A DNA stretch of 58,112 bases, from the sequence record DRR378314_2674; one strand, 5' to 3'. This document shows, one piece after another, positions 8,885-19,006 of the stretch (position 1 is the stretch's first letter; every line of letters begins with the position of its first letter). The notes beneath the pieces were generated by a model, which was not told where the DNA came from, ran no database searches, and worked only from the letters and a program-made list of their open reading frames with translations. Position numbers and translations under genes: made by a program.

Positions 8885-11059
8885 TCACTTACTTAGAATT
8901 TTTAAAATTTCGATGGCCGTATCGCTAATTTTTGTGCCGGGACCAAATATTGCTGCCGCCCCTGCTTCATACAAAAAGTCATAATCCTGTTTGGGTATTA
9001 CCCCGCCCACAATTACCATAATGTCTTCGCGCCCGTACGCTTTTAATTCCTGTAGTACTTGAGGTACCAAGGTCTTATGTCCGCCTGCTAGGGATGAGAT
9101 CCCCAGTACATGGACATCGTTTTCCACGGCCTGTTTTGCAGCTTCGGCCGGGGTTTGGAAGAGGGGGCCAATATCCACATCAAAACCTAGATCGGCATAT
9201 CCCGTTGCCACAACTTTAGCTCCTCGGTCGTGACCGTCCTGCCCCATTTTGGCAATCATTATTCTAGGCCTACGGCCTTCCTGCTCGGCAAAGCTGTCGG
9301 CCATTTGCCTGGCTATGCCAAAGCTGTCATCCCCTTTTATTTCTTTTGAATACACCCCGGTAAACGAATTTATGATTGCCTTGTGCCTGCCAAAGGCATT
9401 TTCCAGCGCAGTGCTTATTTCGCCCAGCGTAGCTCTTGCCCTAGCAGCCTTTATAGCTAAAGCTAAGAAATTTTCCTCTTCCAAGGTATTTATGTTGGCA
9501 GATTTGGAGGAATTGGGCTTCATTCTTTCTTTTGCAACTTTGGTAAGTGCTAAAAGTGCTTGTTGCACTTCATGTTCACTCCTATTTGCCTTGACCAATT
9601 CCAAACGTGCCAATTGCTGTTTTCTGACCTCGGCATTATCCACCTCCAGTATTTGAAGTTCATCTTCTGTCTTGGACCGGTATTTGTTAATACCAACAAT
9701 GATATCCCTACCACTATCTATACGGGCCTGTTTTTTTGCGGCGGCCTCCTCTATCCTCAATTTTGGAATTCCAGCGTCGATGGCTTTTGTCATTCCCCCC
9801 AATTCTTCCACTTCTTCTATAAGGGCCCATGCCTTTTGTGCAATTTCGTCCGTTAGTTTTTCTACATAATAACTACCTGCCCAAGGGTCTACAGTTTTAG
9901 TAATTTCGGTCTCATATTGTAAGTACAATTGGGTATTTCTGGCAATACGCGCAGAGAAATCTGTAGGGAGGGCTATGGCCTCATCCAAGGCATTGGTATG
10001 TAGGCTCTGTGTACCTCCAAAAACTGCTGCGGCCGCCTCTATGGTCGTTCTGGTAATATTGTTGAAAGGATCCTGCTCTGTAAGGCTCCAGCCGCTGGTT
10101 TGGCAATGGGTCCTTAGGGTGAGCGACTTCTCATTTTTAGGGTTAAATTGTTTTACCAATTTGGCCCAGAGCATTCTTCCCGCCCTCATTTTCGCAATTT
10201 CCATAAAATGATTCATCCCAATTCCCCAGAAGAAGGATAATCTTGGGGCAAAATCATCTATATTCAATCCTGCTTTTAAGCCAGTTCTAATATATTCCAA
10301 TCCATCGGCCAGGGTATAGGCCAATTCAATATCGGCAGTTGCCCCGGCCTCGTGCATGTGGTAGCCGGATATACTTATACTATTGAATTGCGGCATGAAC
10401 TTACTGGAATATTCAAAAATATCGGCAACGATCTGCATAGATGGGGCAGGAGGGTAGATGTAAGTATTCCTTACCATAAATTCTTTAAGAATATCATTCT
10501 GTATGGTTCCCGAAAGATCTTTTGGTGAAACTCCCTGTTCCTCCGCTGCTACGATATAAAAGGCCATTATGGGCAACACTGCTCCGTTCATGGTCATGGA
10601 AACCGACATTTCATCCAATGGAATATCCTGGAACAGAATTTTCATGTCCTCTACGGAATCAATGGCAACGCCCGCTTTGCCAACATCGCCCACCACCCGC
10701 GGATGATCACTGTCATATCCCCTATGGGTTGGTAGATCAAAAGCTACGGATAGTCCTTTTTGTCCGGCTTTCAGATTTCGTCTGTAAAATGCGTTGCTTT
10801 CCTCTGCGGTCGAAAATCCCGCGTATTGCCTTATGGTCCAAGGTCTACTGACATACATGGTGGAATAGGGCCCGCGCAGAAATGGAGGTATGCCCGCGGC
10901 AAAATTTAAATGTTCCAAACCCTCAATATCTTCTTTGGTATAGTTTTTTTTCAAGATTATTCCTTCCGAGGTCTCGAATGGCAAAACGGATTCTTGATCC
11001 GGAATATTTTTTTCTGGAACGGACTTGAGTTGAATATGTTGAAGATTTTTTCTTGCCAT
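8885..11059 (-). CDS. scpA: Methylmalonyl-CoA mutase, large catalytic B12-binding subunit
   Basis: Motifs [25 protein letters not shown]12 motif GQDGHDRG and SSLAGGH. Confidence 0.97.
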   Translation of the reverse strand: MARKNLQHIQLKSVPEKNIPDQESVLPFETSEGIILKKNYTKEDIEGLEHLNFAAGIPPFLRGPYSTMYVSRPWTIRQYAGFSTAEESNAFYRRNLKAGQKGLSVAFDLPTHRGYDSDHPRVVGDVGKAGVAIDSVEDMKILFQDIPLDEMSVSMTMNGAVLPIMAFYIVAAEEQGVSPKDLSGTIQNDILKEFMVRNTYIYPPAPSMQIVADIFEYSSKFMPQFNSISISGYHMHEAGATADIELAYTLADGLEYIRTGLKAGLNIDDFAPRLSFFWGIGMNHFMEIAKMRAGRMLWAKLVKQFNPKNEKSLTLRTHCQTSGWSLTEQDPFNNITRTTIEAAAAVFGGTQSLHTNALDEAIALPTDFSARIARNTQLYLQYETEITKTVDPWAGSYYVEKLTDEIAQKAWALIEEVEELGGMTKAIDAGIPKLRIEEAAAKKQARIDSGRDIIVGINKYRSKTEDELQILEVDNAEVRKQQLARLELVKANRSEHEVQQALLALTKVAKERMKPNSSKSANINTLEEENFLALAIKAARARATLGEISTALENAFGRHKAIINSFTGVYSKEIKGDDSFGIARQMADSFAEQEGRRPRIMIAKMGQDGHDRGAKVVATGYADLGFDVDIGPLFQTPAEAAKQAVENDVHVLGISSLAGGHKTLVPQVLQELKAYGREDIMVIVGGVIPKQDYDFLYEAGAAAIFGPGTKISDTAIEILKILSK

Positions 11060-11136
11060 GTTTTTGTTCTTCTTGTCCTAAACTATAGTTGTCTGCTTAG
11101 AAATAAAATTGCCCTAGGAAAACAGTTGTATCAGCT

Positions 11137-12519
11137 TTATTCAGTTTTCAAGCGTTCCTGTTCCCATTCTTCGGACAACCTTTTTTCCAAAATCGGTTCT
11201 ATCAAGGTTTTTCGGGTGTTGGTTTTTACAAAGGGGTATAATTCCAGATCATCCTTCATTTTATCCAGTCTGGATGCGTATTTATTGGTGCCTACCAGGA
11301 TTTTATCGCGGCTGTTAATGCTTTCCTGTTCCTTGGTGGCGCTTTCCTTTATTTTTTTCTGAATGAGATGTTCCTTCAATTGCACCAGAAATCCGCCGCC
11401 CGCTTCAATTTGTTTAAATAATTCCAAAGCTTTGGAAGAGAGTTGATGTGTTATGGACTCAATATAATAGGCCCCATCGGCCGCATTGTTCACCTTGTCA
11501 AAATAACTTTCATTCTTTAAGATCAACAGTTGATTTCTGGCCATACGCTGCCCAAATTCATTCACCTTATGGTATATGGCGTCATATGGCATATTTAATA
11601 TCGTATCTGCTTCCCCTAAAATGGCGGACATACATTCCGTTGCCGAGCGTAGCATATTGGTGTTGTAATCGTACAAGGTTTTATTTCTCAGAGTGGGCGT
11701 AGCTATAATATGGCAATTCTCCAGAGCCCCATATTCCCTGGCAAGGGTCCTGAACAAAATCCGTAGTGCCCTCAACTTGGCTATTTCAAAGAAATAGTTG
11801 CCCCCAACCGAGACCTTAAAGGTTATTGTCGTTCTTTTTAGCCTGTCTTTATGGTGGTCGTTAAGGTGATTCAAATATTCATTGGCATGCGAAAGGGCAT
11901 AGGCCAATTGCTGCACCATATTTGCCCCAGCATTTCCATAGAGCGCCACATCCACACCCAAGGTTTGGTCATGATTTAAATTTAGAATTTCCCCTAATAT
12001 TTTATGATCTTGATCAAGCTTGTATTGCCAGTTGCCATTTCTTGCCAAATGACCAATAATATCGATATTGGTAAAGACCTTGTGATGATGGTTTTCTGTG
12101 GCAGCCAAAATCGATCTTACAAAGTCGTAGGATAGAAATTGGAGATTAAAATGGAGACTTGTTTGGCCAAGATCAATTTCATGAAGCAGTTCATGAATAT
12201 TTATTTCTGTGGAAGGAACGGTAAAATAGATACATTCAGCGCCCTTGGTTATGGCATCCAAAGCTTTTTTGTTGCCCATTTTGGCATTCCCGGCGTATAT
12301 GCCCTGTGCTATGCTCCAACCATTATCTTTTGGTACTCCGGATATCTCGAGCGCCTTTAGATCTTCGGTATTGTAGAAGGGTTTTACCTTAATGCCCTCG
12401 GGAGATTCCCAAACCAATTTACTGTTGTAATCCTCACCTTGCAACTCGTACTGGATCTTTTGCTTCCATGCTTTGGAAGAAATCTCGTGAAAATTGCTAA
12501 AGAGTTCGGATTTACTCAT
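11137..12519 (-). CDS. mutA: Methylmalonyl-CoA mutase small (beta) subunit
   Basis: Motifs EGIKVKPFY, YFFEIAKLRALR, NMLR, ARNQLL.LK.ES, GAYYIE and LVGTNKY. No B12 motif. Adjacent to the large subunit. Confidence 0.9.
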   Translation of the reverse strand: MSKSELFSNFHEISSKAWKQKIQYELQGEDYNSKLVWESPEGIKVKPFYNTEDLKALEISGVPKDNGWSIAQGIYAGNAKMGNKKALDAITKGAECIYFTVPSTEINIHELLHEIDLGQTSLHFNLQFLSYDFVRSILAATENHHHKVFTNIDIIGHLARNGNWQYKLDQDHKILGEILNLNHDQTLGVDVALYGNAGANMVQQLAYALSHANEYLNHLNDHHKDRLKRTTITFKVSVGGNYFFEIAKLRALRILFRTLAREYGALENCHIIATPTLRNKTLYDYNTNMLRSATECMSAILGEADTILNMPYDAIYHKVNEFGQRMARNQLLILKNESYFDKVNNAADGAYYIESITHQLSSKALELFKQIEAGGGFLVQLKEHLIQKKIKESATKEQESINSRDKILVGTNKYASRLDKMKDDLELYPFVKTNTRKTLIEPILEKRLSEEWEQERLKTE

Positions 12520-12844
12520 CTTCCTTGGTTTTTACACTATCCGCATATTCAATTAAATAAATTTCCTCATTTTTCTTTTTCAGATAATATTGTTCCCTGG
12601 CAAATTTTTCCAACTCCTCGGGGTCCGATAGCTTTTCTATAATTTTTTTATCCTTGGCTATTTCTTCATGAAGAAATTCTTTCTGCTTTTCCAGATTGTT
12701 TATTTGTTTTTTAAGCTCCCAATGTATGAGGAGGGAGTTGGTATCGAAAAAAACCATCCAAACCACAAAGACCGTCAGTACCAATACATACATATTGGTA
12801 ACCACCCCAAACCATTTTTTCTTTCTTATCCCTTTTAGTCCCAT
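12512..12844 (-). CDS. ftsB: FtsB/DivIC septum formation initiator family protein
   Basis: One TM helix, a coiled coil and the motif LEKFAREQYYLKK.NE. Confidence 0.85.
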   Translation of the reverse strand: MGLKGIRKKKWFGVVTNMYVLVLTVFVVWMVFFDTNSLLIHWELKKQINNLEKQKEFLHEEIAKDKKIIEKLSDPEELEKFAREQYYLKKKNEEIYLIEYADSVKTKEDE

Positions 12845-12850
12845 AGGTGA

Positions 12851-13459
12851 TTAGCTTAATTTTTCGTTGATTATTGTCCTTACAATGTCTATGGCCACGG
12901 TATTGTACTTGTTGTTTGGAATTATAATGTCCGCATATTCCTTGGTGGGCTCAATAAACTGATTGTGCATGGGCTTTAGCGTATTTTGATATCGATTTAA
13001 AACTTCATCCAAATCCCTGCCACGTTCAGTGATGTCCCTTTTTAAACGTCTTATCAGTCGTTCATCCGAATCCGCATGTACAAATATTTTAATGTCGAAC
13101 ATCTCCCTTATCTGGGGATTTGTCATGATGAGGATACCCTCTACGATCATTACCTTTCTTGGATGCGTTAGAATGGTATCGTTGGTGCGGTTGTGTTTAA
13201 CAAAAGAGTAAACTGGTTGGTGAATAGGAATACCTTTCTTTAAATCTTGTAAGTGGGTACCCAACAATTCAAAATCTATGGCTCGGGGATGGTCAAAATT
13301 TACCTGTGCACGCTCGTCATAGGTTAAATGGGAAAGATCGCAATAATAGGAATCTTGGGAAATAACCCCTACTTCCTCATACGGCAATTCATTTATAATT
13401 TGATTTACAACCGTAGTTTTTCCGCAACCTGTTCCTCCGGCAATCCCAATAACCAACAT
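12851..13459 (-). CDS. udk: Uridine kinase
   Basis: Motifs IGIAGGTGCGKTT, QDSYY, NFDHP, EGIL, RRLKRD..ERGR and YADIIIP. Confidence 0.96.
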   Translation of the reverse strand: MLVIGIAGGTGCGKTTVVNQIINELPYEEVGVISQDSYYCDLSHLTYDERAQVNFDHPRAIDFELLGTHLQDLKKGIPIHQPVYSFVKHNRTNDTILTHPRKVMIVEGILIMTNPQIREMFDIKIFVHADSDERLIRRLKRDITERGRDLDEVLNRYQNTLKPMHNQFIEPTKEYADIIIPNNKYNTVAIDIVRTIINEKLS

Positions 13460-13476
13460 GCATTTCTAATTTGTTC

Positions 13477-13484
13477 CAAAAATA
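13477..13484 (-). promoter_or_regulatory. Bacteroidota sigma70 -7 element (TATTTTTG) for the udk operon
   Basis: Exact TAnnTTTG match 17 nt upstream of the udk ATG. Confidence 0.6.
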
Positions 13485-13747
13485 ACAATTTGCTAGCAAA
13501 CCGTAATGATTAAAATAGATGCCTTGCCCATATACACATAATCTTTTTGTCCCCCTCCAACGTAAGTATAGGAAGTGTTGGTGATGTCTTTAATTTTTCT
13601 TTAAGCCATTGAATTAATTTTTTCGTTATCTATAATTAATTTAACAGATAAAAATCAGATAATGATAAAATTAGCGTTATATTCTTTGGGTGTGATTTTT
13701 TCTTTTGAAGTTTAAAAAATTAACAAATACCCAACATAAATATAGAA

Positions 13748-13755
13748 TATATTTG
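13748..13755 (+). promoter_or_regulatory. Putative -7 element (TATATTTG) for the serine hydrolase gene
   Basis: Exact TAnnTTTG match about 75 nt upstream of ATG 13830. Confidence 0.45.
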
Positions 13756-13829
13756 GGCGTTTTTCGGGTAGTTCATTTTTTATAGTGATTCGTATTTTTT
13801 TCATTTAACCAGTATTTTATTATTCCTAT

Positions 13830-14774
13830 ATGACGGGTAGAACTCTTTTTCAATTCAAAACGCGCCTAATTCTAGTATTGGGTGTATTTTTCTGCTGTGG
13901 CTTGGCGTACTCTCAAAAAGATTTGCCCATAAATATAGAAGATGCCAAAGTAAAGCCTCTTCCCAGTTTGGTAAATAGCGACTTGCAGAAAAGATTGGAA
14001 AAGGAGCTCATGTCCAATCCCAACTGGAAATCTTTAATGAACAATAACAAGATGGCCGTTGGCATAGTAGATCTGTCAAATCCCGAAAATGCAAAATATG
14101 CCAGTATTAATGGGGACTATATGATGTATGCTGCCAGTTTGCCCAAAATAGCGGTGCTATTATCCTCTATGGATGCCATAGAAAAAGGGGAGCTTAAGGA
14201 AACCCAGGAAATAAAGAAGGATATGCGATCTATGATCAGCAAATCCAACAACGAAGCAACCACCAGAATGATAGATCGTTTGGGATATGATAAAATACAG
14301 TCCGTTATGACCGATCCAAAATATATGTTCTATGATGAAAGTAAGGGCGGCGGATTATGGGTCGGTAAAAGATATGGAAGCGGTGGGGATACCAATAGGG
14401 AGCCATTAAAGAATTTGTCCCATGCTGCCACAGTAAACCAAGTATGTAGGTATTATTATCTGTTGGCCAATGGTAAATTGGTGAATAAGGGTAGGTCCAA
14501 ACAAATGTTGGATATCATGGGAGATCCCGAACTACACCATAAATTTGTAAATACCTTGGACAATATTGCTCCCGATGCCAGATTATATAGAAAGTCGGGC
14601 TCTTGGAGAACCTTTCATTCCGATTCTATTTTGGTTTGGGGAAATAATCCCAATCGACGTTATATTTTGGTTGCCTTAATAGATGATGCAGGAGGTGAGC
14701 AAATCATTAGGGACTTGGTAAGGCCCGTAGAAAGAGTGTTGAAGGCAGAGAGGGTACAATTTGCCGTTAACTAG
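13830..14774 (+). CDS. Exported serine hydrolase, class A beta-lactamase/PBP-like fold
   Basis: Signal peptide ..GLAYS|Q. SxxK = AASLPK, SxN = SNN, KTG-type = RKSG. Confidence 0.85.
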   Translation: MTGRTLFQFKTRLILVLGVFFCCGLAYSQKDLPINIEDAKVKPLPSLVNSDLQKRLEKELMSNPNWKSLMNNNKMAVGIVDLSNPENAKYASINGDYMMYAASLPKIAVLLSSMDAIEKGELKETQEIKKDMRSMISKSNNEATTRMIDRLGYDKIQSVMTDPKYMFYDESKGGGLWVGKRYGSGGDTNREPLKNLSHAATVNQVCRYYYLLANGKLVNKGRSKQMLDIMGDPELHHKFVNTLDNIAPDARLYRKSGSWRTFHSDSILVWGNNPNRRYILVALIDDAGGEQIIRDLVRPVERVLKAERVQFAVN

Positions 14775-14826
14775 ATCCATTTAGTATATTTCCTTTTGTT
14801 TATTCGTATAATGTTTGCCAATGAAT

Positions 14827-14834
14827 TAATTTTG
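14827..14834 (+). promoter_or_regulatory. Putative -7 element (TAATTTTG) for the NTT-HEAT gene
   Basis: Exact TAnnTTTG match 66 nt upstream of TTG 14901. Confidence 0.4.
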
Positions 14835-14900
14835 GCCCCAATCTTCTATGGATTGGTTTTAGATAGGAGTGCTGTTGGATATTACTAAAACGCATGAAAA

Positions 14901-17756
14901 TTGAACTACCTTATTTCATTTATTAAAACGTTTAAAACCTACATTCTAAAGGCATTTGATTTAAAAGAGGAGGAACTGACCAAAACACTTCTACTTCAAT
15001 TAAATATATTCCTCATTATTACGGTTTTATTGATAGTAAAACCTACTATAAATTCACTTTTTCTTTCTGAACTTTCTTCGGATGCACTGCCATTGGGCTA
15101 TGTTTTAACTGCTATCATGGCCGTATTGGGCTCATTTTTCTACGACAGGGCCTTGGAAAAGTATCCTTTGAATATCATTGTGGATCGCACCTTGATAGGA
15201 TCCGTTATTTCATTGATAATATTTGGCGTAGCCTTTAATTTTAACCTAGGCTATGGATTTGCACTGTATATACCTTACATCTGGGTGGCTATTTTTGGGT
15301 TGTTGACCGCTTCCCAATTTTGGGTAATGGCAAATCTGGTCTATAATGTTAGGGAAGCAAAGCGCGTATTTGGGTTTATAGGTGCCGGTGCCATTGGCGG
15401 GGGTATATTTGGGGGGTACTTAACCTCTTTATTGACCAATATCCTTAATACAGAGGATTTATTGTTTGTTGCCACAACCCTCTTAATGTGCTGTTTGCCC
15501 ATTACCCGATATATCTGGAAAAACGAAGTGTTGAAACTCAACTCTTTTCAAGTTTCCAGTCGCTCCAATCCAAAAGCGGAGTCCCCTTTTAGGTTGATAA
15601 AACAATCTAAATTACTTAGCTTAATTGCGGTAGTCATTGGAATAAGCGTTCTGGTGGCCAAATTGGTAGATTACCAGTATAGCGATTACGCTTCCAGGTT
15701 CATTAAAGATCAGGATGAATTAACTTCCTTTTTTGGATTTTGGTTTTCTACCCTGAGCGTTATTTCATTATTGATACAGTTGTTCCTCACCAAACGTATT
15801 GTAGGTACTTTTGGTGTTGGTAAATCCCTCCTATGGCTGCCTTCGGGCATATTGTTGGGGTCTTTTCTGTTATTGATAGTGCCGCAACTATGGGTGGTGG
15901 TGTTTATCAAAATCGTGGACGGAAGTTTAAAGCAGTCGGTAAATAAGGCGGCCACGGAATTACTCTCCATACCCATCCCTATAGAAATTAAAAAAAAGAC
16001 AAAGACATTTACGGATGTGGTAGTGGATAGTATAGCTACAGGGATGGCGGGCTTTATTCTAATCTTTTTTATTAATGGACTGGACATATCATCAACCTAT
16101 ATCAGTATAATTATTATTGGGCTTATTTTGATCTGGTTGTACTTTATATATCATTTGAGGAATGAATATATAATTTCCTTTAAGAGCTTGTTGGAATATA
16201 GCCCTACAAGAAAAGATAAGGCTGCCAAATCGGAAATAAAGGTTACCTCTATCATAGAAACGGTAATCAGGGTATTTGAAACTGGGAACGAGAATCAGAT
16301 ATTGCATATGTTGAATAAAACATTGGAAGTAAAGGATGAACGTTTCTTTTTTGCAATTAAAGCGCTGTTGAACAATCCGTCTGCCAAAGTGAGGGCTTTG
16401 GCCATTGAAAACCTATATTTTTTGAATATGGAAAATTTATGTGCTACGGTAGAGCCCATGATCTATGACAAGGATCAGCAAGTGACTACTTCTGCCTTTC
16501 GTTATTTGTTGAAGCGCTATCAACAAAACCCTGTGGAACTATTGGATAAATATTTATCGGTAAAGGACAATACCATAGCCAATGCAGCCCTAATTGGCCT
16601 GTCTATGGAATTGCGAAATAATAGGGTAATGCAGGACCGATTTAGTTTGGAACAAAGAATTGAAAATACCCTTGACCAGTTATCGCAAACCAATACAGAG
16701 CTGGAAAGGACCAATAAGATCCTGGCCATTCTTGAAACCATTGGGAATGCCAAGGTTGAAAATTTCTACCCGGTTATAAAGACGCATATATATTCCGATA
16801 ATGTTCTAATTGCAAATACCGCTATTTTGGCGGCATCAAAAACATTGGACAAGCAGTTTATTGATTTAATTGTTTCCAGATTATCGGGTAAGGACACCAG
16901 AAAATCTGCAATGGAGGCCCTCTACTTCTATGGGGAGCCCATTATTGATATATTGTTCGAGGGATTAAGAAATGAAAGCATTGACCCGGACGATAGCGCA
17001 TACGTGGTCATGGTTATTGGAAAGTTCGATTCACAAAAGGCCATCAATACCTTGATGAAACTAACTGAGGATATGGAACATACGGTGAAAATTGAAGCTA
17101 TTGAAGCCTTGAAACACCTCAAGTGGAAATATCCCCACCTTAAAATAAGGGATCAGTTTATTGTGGATAAAATCTTGGACGAGTGTCACCTGTACCAAAG
17201 TACCCTGTCCGTAATCTATACCCAAATAGTACTACAGTATAAGAAGAACCCAGAAAAACTGGAGACCAAGGAAGAAAATGAAGCCAGAAATGGCCTTATC
17301 CATTTGTTGGAACTGAGGTTGGACAGGCAATTAAAACGAATTTTTCAATTCTTGGGGGTCAAATACCCGCCCCAGGATGTAGATCCCATTTTAAATGCCA
17401 TACTAAAAGGTCAGGAAGAGCAACGTATACATGCCATTGAATTTTTGGACAATATCCTGGACATTCAACTCAAAAAGGAGTTGATTCCTGTTGCTGAATC
17501 CATTATACAGGTAGGTGTTATATCCGAAGAAAATCTAAAAAATCTGAATGTAAAGGTTCTTAGTGAATCCGAAAGCTATTTGTCCCTATTAAAGCGAAAG
17601 GATATTAAGCTGAAACTGGCGGTACTTTACTTGATTGAAAAAACCAAGGACCCAAAATTCACCCCTCTTTTGGAAATGGTCTTGGAGGACTCCAACGAGA
17701 AGGCCAGAAAAAAGGCGGCCGAAATCTTGAGTGACTTTAAAAAAATTAACGTTTAA
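14901..17756 (+). CDS. Npt1/Npt2 (NTT, ATP/ADP translocase-like) MFS transporter fused to C-terminal HEAT repeats
   Basis: About 12 hydrophobic segments in the first ~420 aa, with NTT-like motifs IVKP...SLFL, SQFW..AN..Y..REAKR.FG.IGAG, VDYQ and ELL.IPIP...K.KTK. The C-terminal half is alpha-helical with HEAT-like units (VRALAIENL, VKIEAIEAL, ARKKAAEIL). TTG start. Confidence 0.8.
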   Translation: MNYLISFIKTFKTYILKAFDLKEEELTKTLLLQLNIFLIITVLLIVKPTINSLFLSELSSDALPLGYVLTAIMAVLGSFFYDRALEKYPLNIIVDRTLIGSVISLIIFGVAFNFNLGYGFALYIPYIWVAIFGLLTASQFWVMANLVYNVREAKRVFGFIGAGAIGGGIFGGYLTSLLTNILNTEDLLFVATTLLMCCLPITRYIWKNEVLKLNSFQVSSRSNPKAESPFRLIKQSKLLSLIAVVIGISVLVAKLVDYQYSDYASRFIKDQDELTSFFGFWFSTLSVISLLIQLFLTKRIVGTFGVGKSLLWLPSGILLGSFLLLIVPQLWVVVFIKIVDGSLKQSVNKAATELLSIPIPIEIKKKTKTFTDVVVDSIATGMAGFILIFFINGLDISSTYISIIIIGLILIWLYFIYHLRNEYIISFKSLLEYSPTRKDKAAKSEIKVTSIIETVIRVFETGNENQILHMLNKTLEVKDERFFFAIKALLNNPSAKVRALAIENLYFLNMENLCATVEPMIYDKDQQVTTSAFRYLLKRYQQNPVELLDKYLSVKDNTIANAALIGLSMELRNNRVMQDRFSLEQRIENTLDQLSQTNTELERTNKILAILETIGNAKVENFYPVIKTHIYSDNVLIANTAILAASKTLDKQFIDLIVSRLSGKDTRKSAMEALYFYGEPIIDILFEGLRNESIDPDDSAYVVMVIGKFDSQKAINTLMKLTEDMEHTVKIEAIEALKHLKWKYPHLKIRDQFIVDKILDECHLYQSTLSVIYTQIVLQYKKNPEKLETKEENEARNGLIHLLELRLDRQLKRIFQFLGVKYPPQDVDPILNAILKGQEEQRIHAIEFLDNILDIQLKKELIPVAESIIQVGVISEENLKNLNVKVLSESESYLSLLKRKDIKLKLAVLYLIEKTKDPKFTPLLEMVLEDSNEKARKKAAEILSDFKKINV

Positions 17757-19005
17757 TAATCTTGTCTATGCTACTGGCCAGGGTCAAATGGTCTGTTGCT
17801 GAATTCTTTCGCAATACGTTGGTCATAAGTACCACTATATATTTGCAATTGTCCGGATGTTCTACAATGGCTACAGAATTCATATAGTTGGTAACATTGC
17901 CCATATATTTTCCACAGGCTTCACCTGTACTTCTATCACATTTGTATAAACTTCCCGATTTAAAATATACGGCAGCGGGCTTCAGGGCCGGGGATTGTGC
18001 GTATCTGATCCTTCTATCCGTCATATACATAAGGCGTTTCATTTCCAGGCTGGAATCTTGGTCCACCACCTTGCCCTGTTCCAACTGTATCAAGAATTTC
18101 ATCAACCCTAATGGAGACCCAATACTGCCCCCCTTATCGCCTACATAGCGGTTGGCTCCCGAAGTAAAAAAGCTTCCCAAGCGCCATTCATCAGTAGTAA
18201 TTCCCAATTCCCGTAAGGGTAGGTTTACCACGTCATTGGCCAAATCTGTCAATTCCTTTTTTGGGGTAGTGGTAAAGTATGTATCCGCCTCTTCCTGGCT
18301 CAGGGTGGGGTAGGATTCTCCGAATGCCGCCATCAATAAGGCTTCGCGCCATACAATACTGGCTGCCCCGTTGTTACTAACGGAAAGCATATGGTCTGCC
18401 CATTCAAACAAGGTAAAAACATCACTGGCTATTACCTGTCTTTTCAGCAATTTATTCGTTTCCAGATTAAAAATGGGTATGGTATGTGTATCCGTCAAGC
18501 CCCAATAGCCCGACTTTACCGATTTGGAACGTAAAAGCTCCAATCGCTTTTCAAAGGAATCTGGATATATTTTTTTCAATTGGGTAAACAAAGCTACCAT
18601 TACGGCCAGTTTGCCAACACTGCCAGGCTGATATCCGGCTGTTTCGTTTCGCTTGGCGTATCGAACACTGTCTATATCCGAAATATCCAATACGGCAATG
18701 GAATAACTCTTGTCCAAACCTCTAAATAGTGCGTTGATGTCTTTTTGGAATTGCTCATCTACACTTAGGAAAGCGGCAGTGCTGTCCTCTTTTTTCGATA
18801 TTAGGTTCAGTTCAATATCCATATAAGACTTTTGGGCCCCTGGAGGTATAACGGTGGTCGACTTTAGTTCTCCACTTTTAACGAGTTCCAGATACTTCAG
18901 CCTTTTGATTCCCGTATGCAAATAGCCATCAATGGGGTAATAGCTCATGGTGGTAAAGGCAGAGCATATCAGTAATAGAACAATATATTTAATACTCTTT
19001 TGCAT
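17746..19005 (-). CDS. Second exported serine hydrolase, class A beta-lactamase/PBP-like fold with insertions
   Basis: SxxK = PGSVGK, SxN = VSNN, FKSG. Signal peptide if translated from ATG 19005 (MQKSIKYIVLLLICS..), 1 nt after the upstream stop. The ORF track starts at 19029. Confidence 0.8.
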   Translation of the reverse strand: MQKSIKYIVLLLICSAFTTMSYYPIDGYLHTGIKRLKYLELVKSGELKSTTVIPPGAQKSYMDIELNLISKKEDSTAAFLSVDEQFQKDINALFRGLDKSYSIAVLDISDIDSVRYAKRNETAGYQPGSVGKLAVMVALFTQLKKIYPDSFEKRLELLRSKSVKSGYWGLTDTHTIPIFNLETNKLLKRQVIASDVFTLFEWADHMLSVSNNGAASIVWREALLMAAFGESYPTLSQEEADTYFTTTPKKELTDLANDVVNLPLRELGITTDEWRLGSFFTSGANRYVGDKGGSIGSPLGLMKFLIQLEQGKVVDQDSSLEMKRLMYMTDRRIRYAQSPALKPAAVYFKSGSLYKCDRSTGEACGKYMGNVTNYMNSVAIVEHPDNCKYIVVLMTNVLRKNSATDHLTLASSIDKIIKR

Positions 19006-19006
19006 C

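Noticed and set aside
11137-12519. Short mutase subunit as a pseudogene
   Set aside because: The frame is intact and coupled to its neighbours. A non-catalytic small subunit without the B12 motif is normal for heterodimeric mutases.
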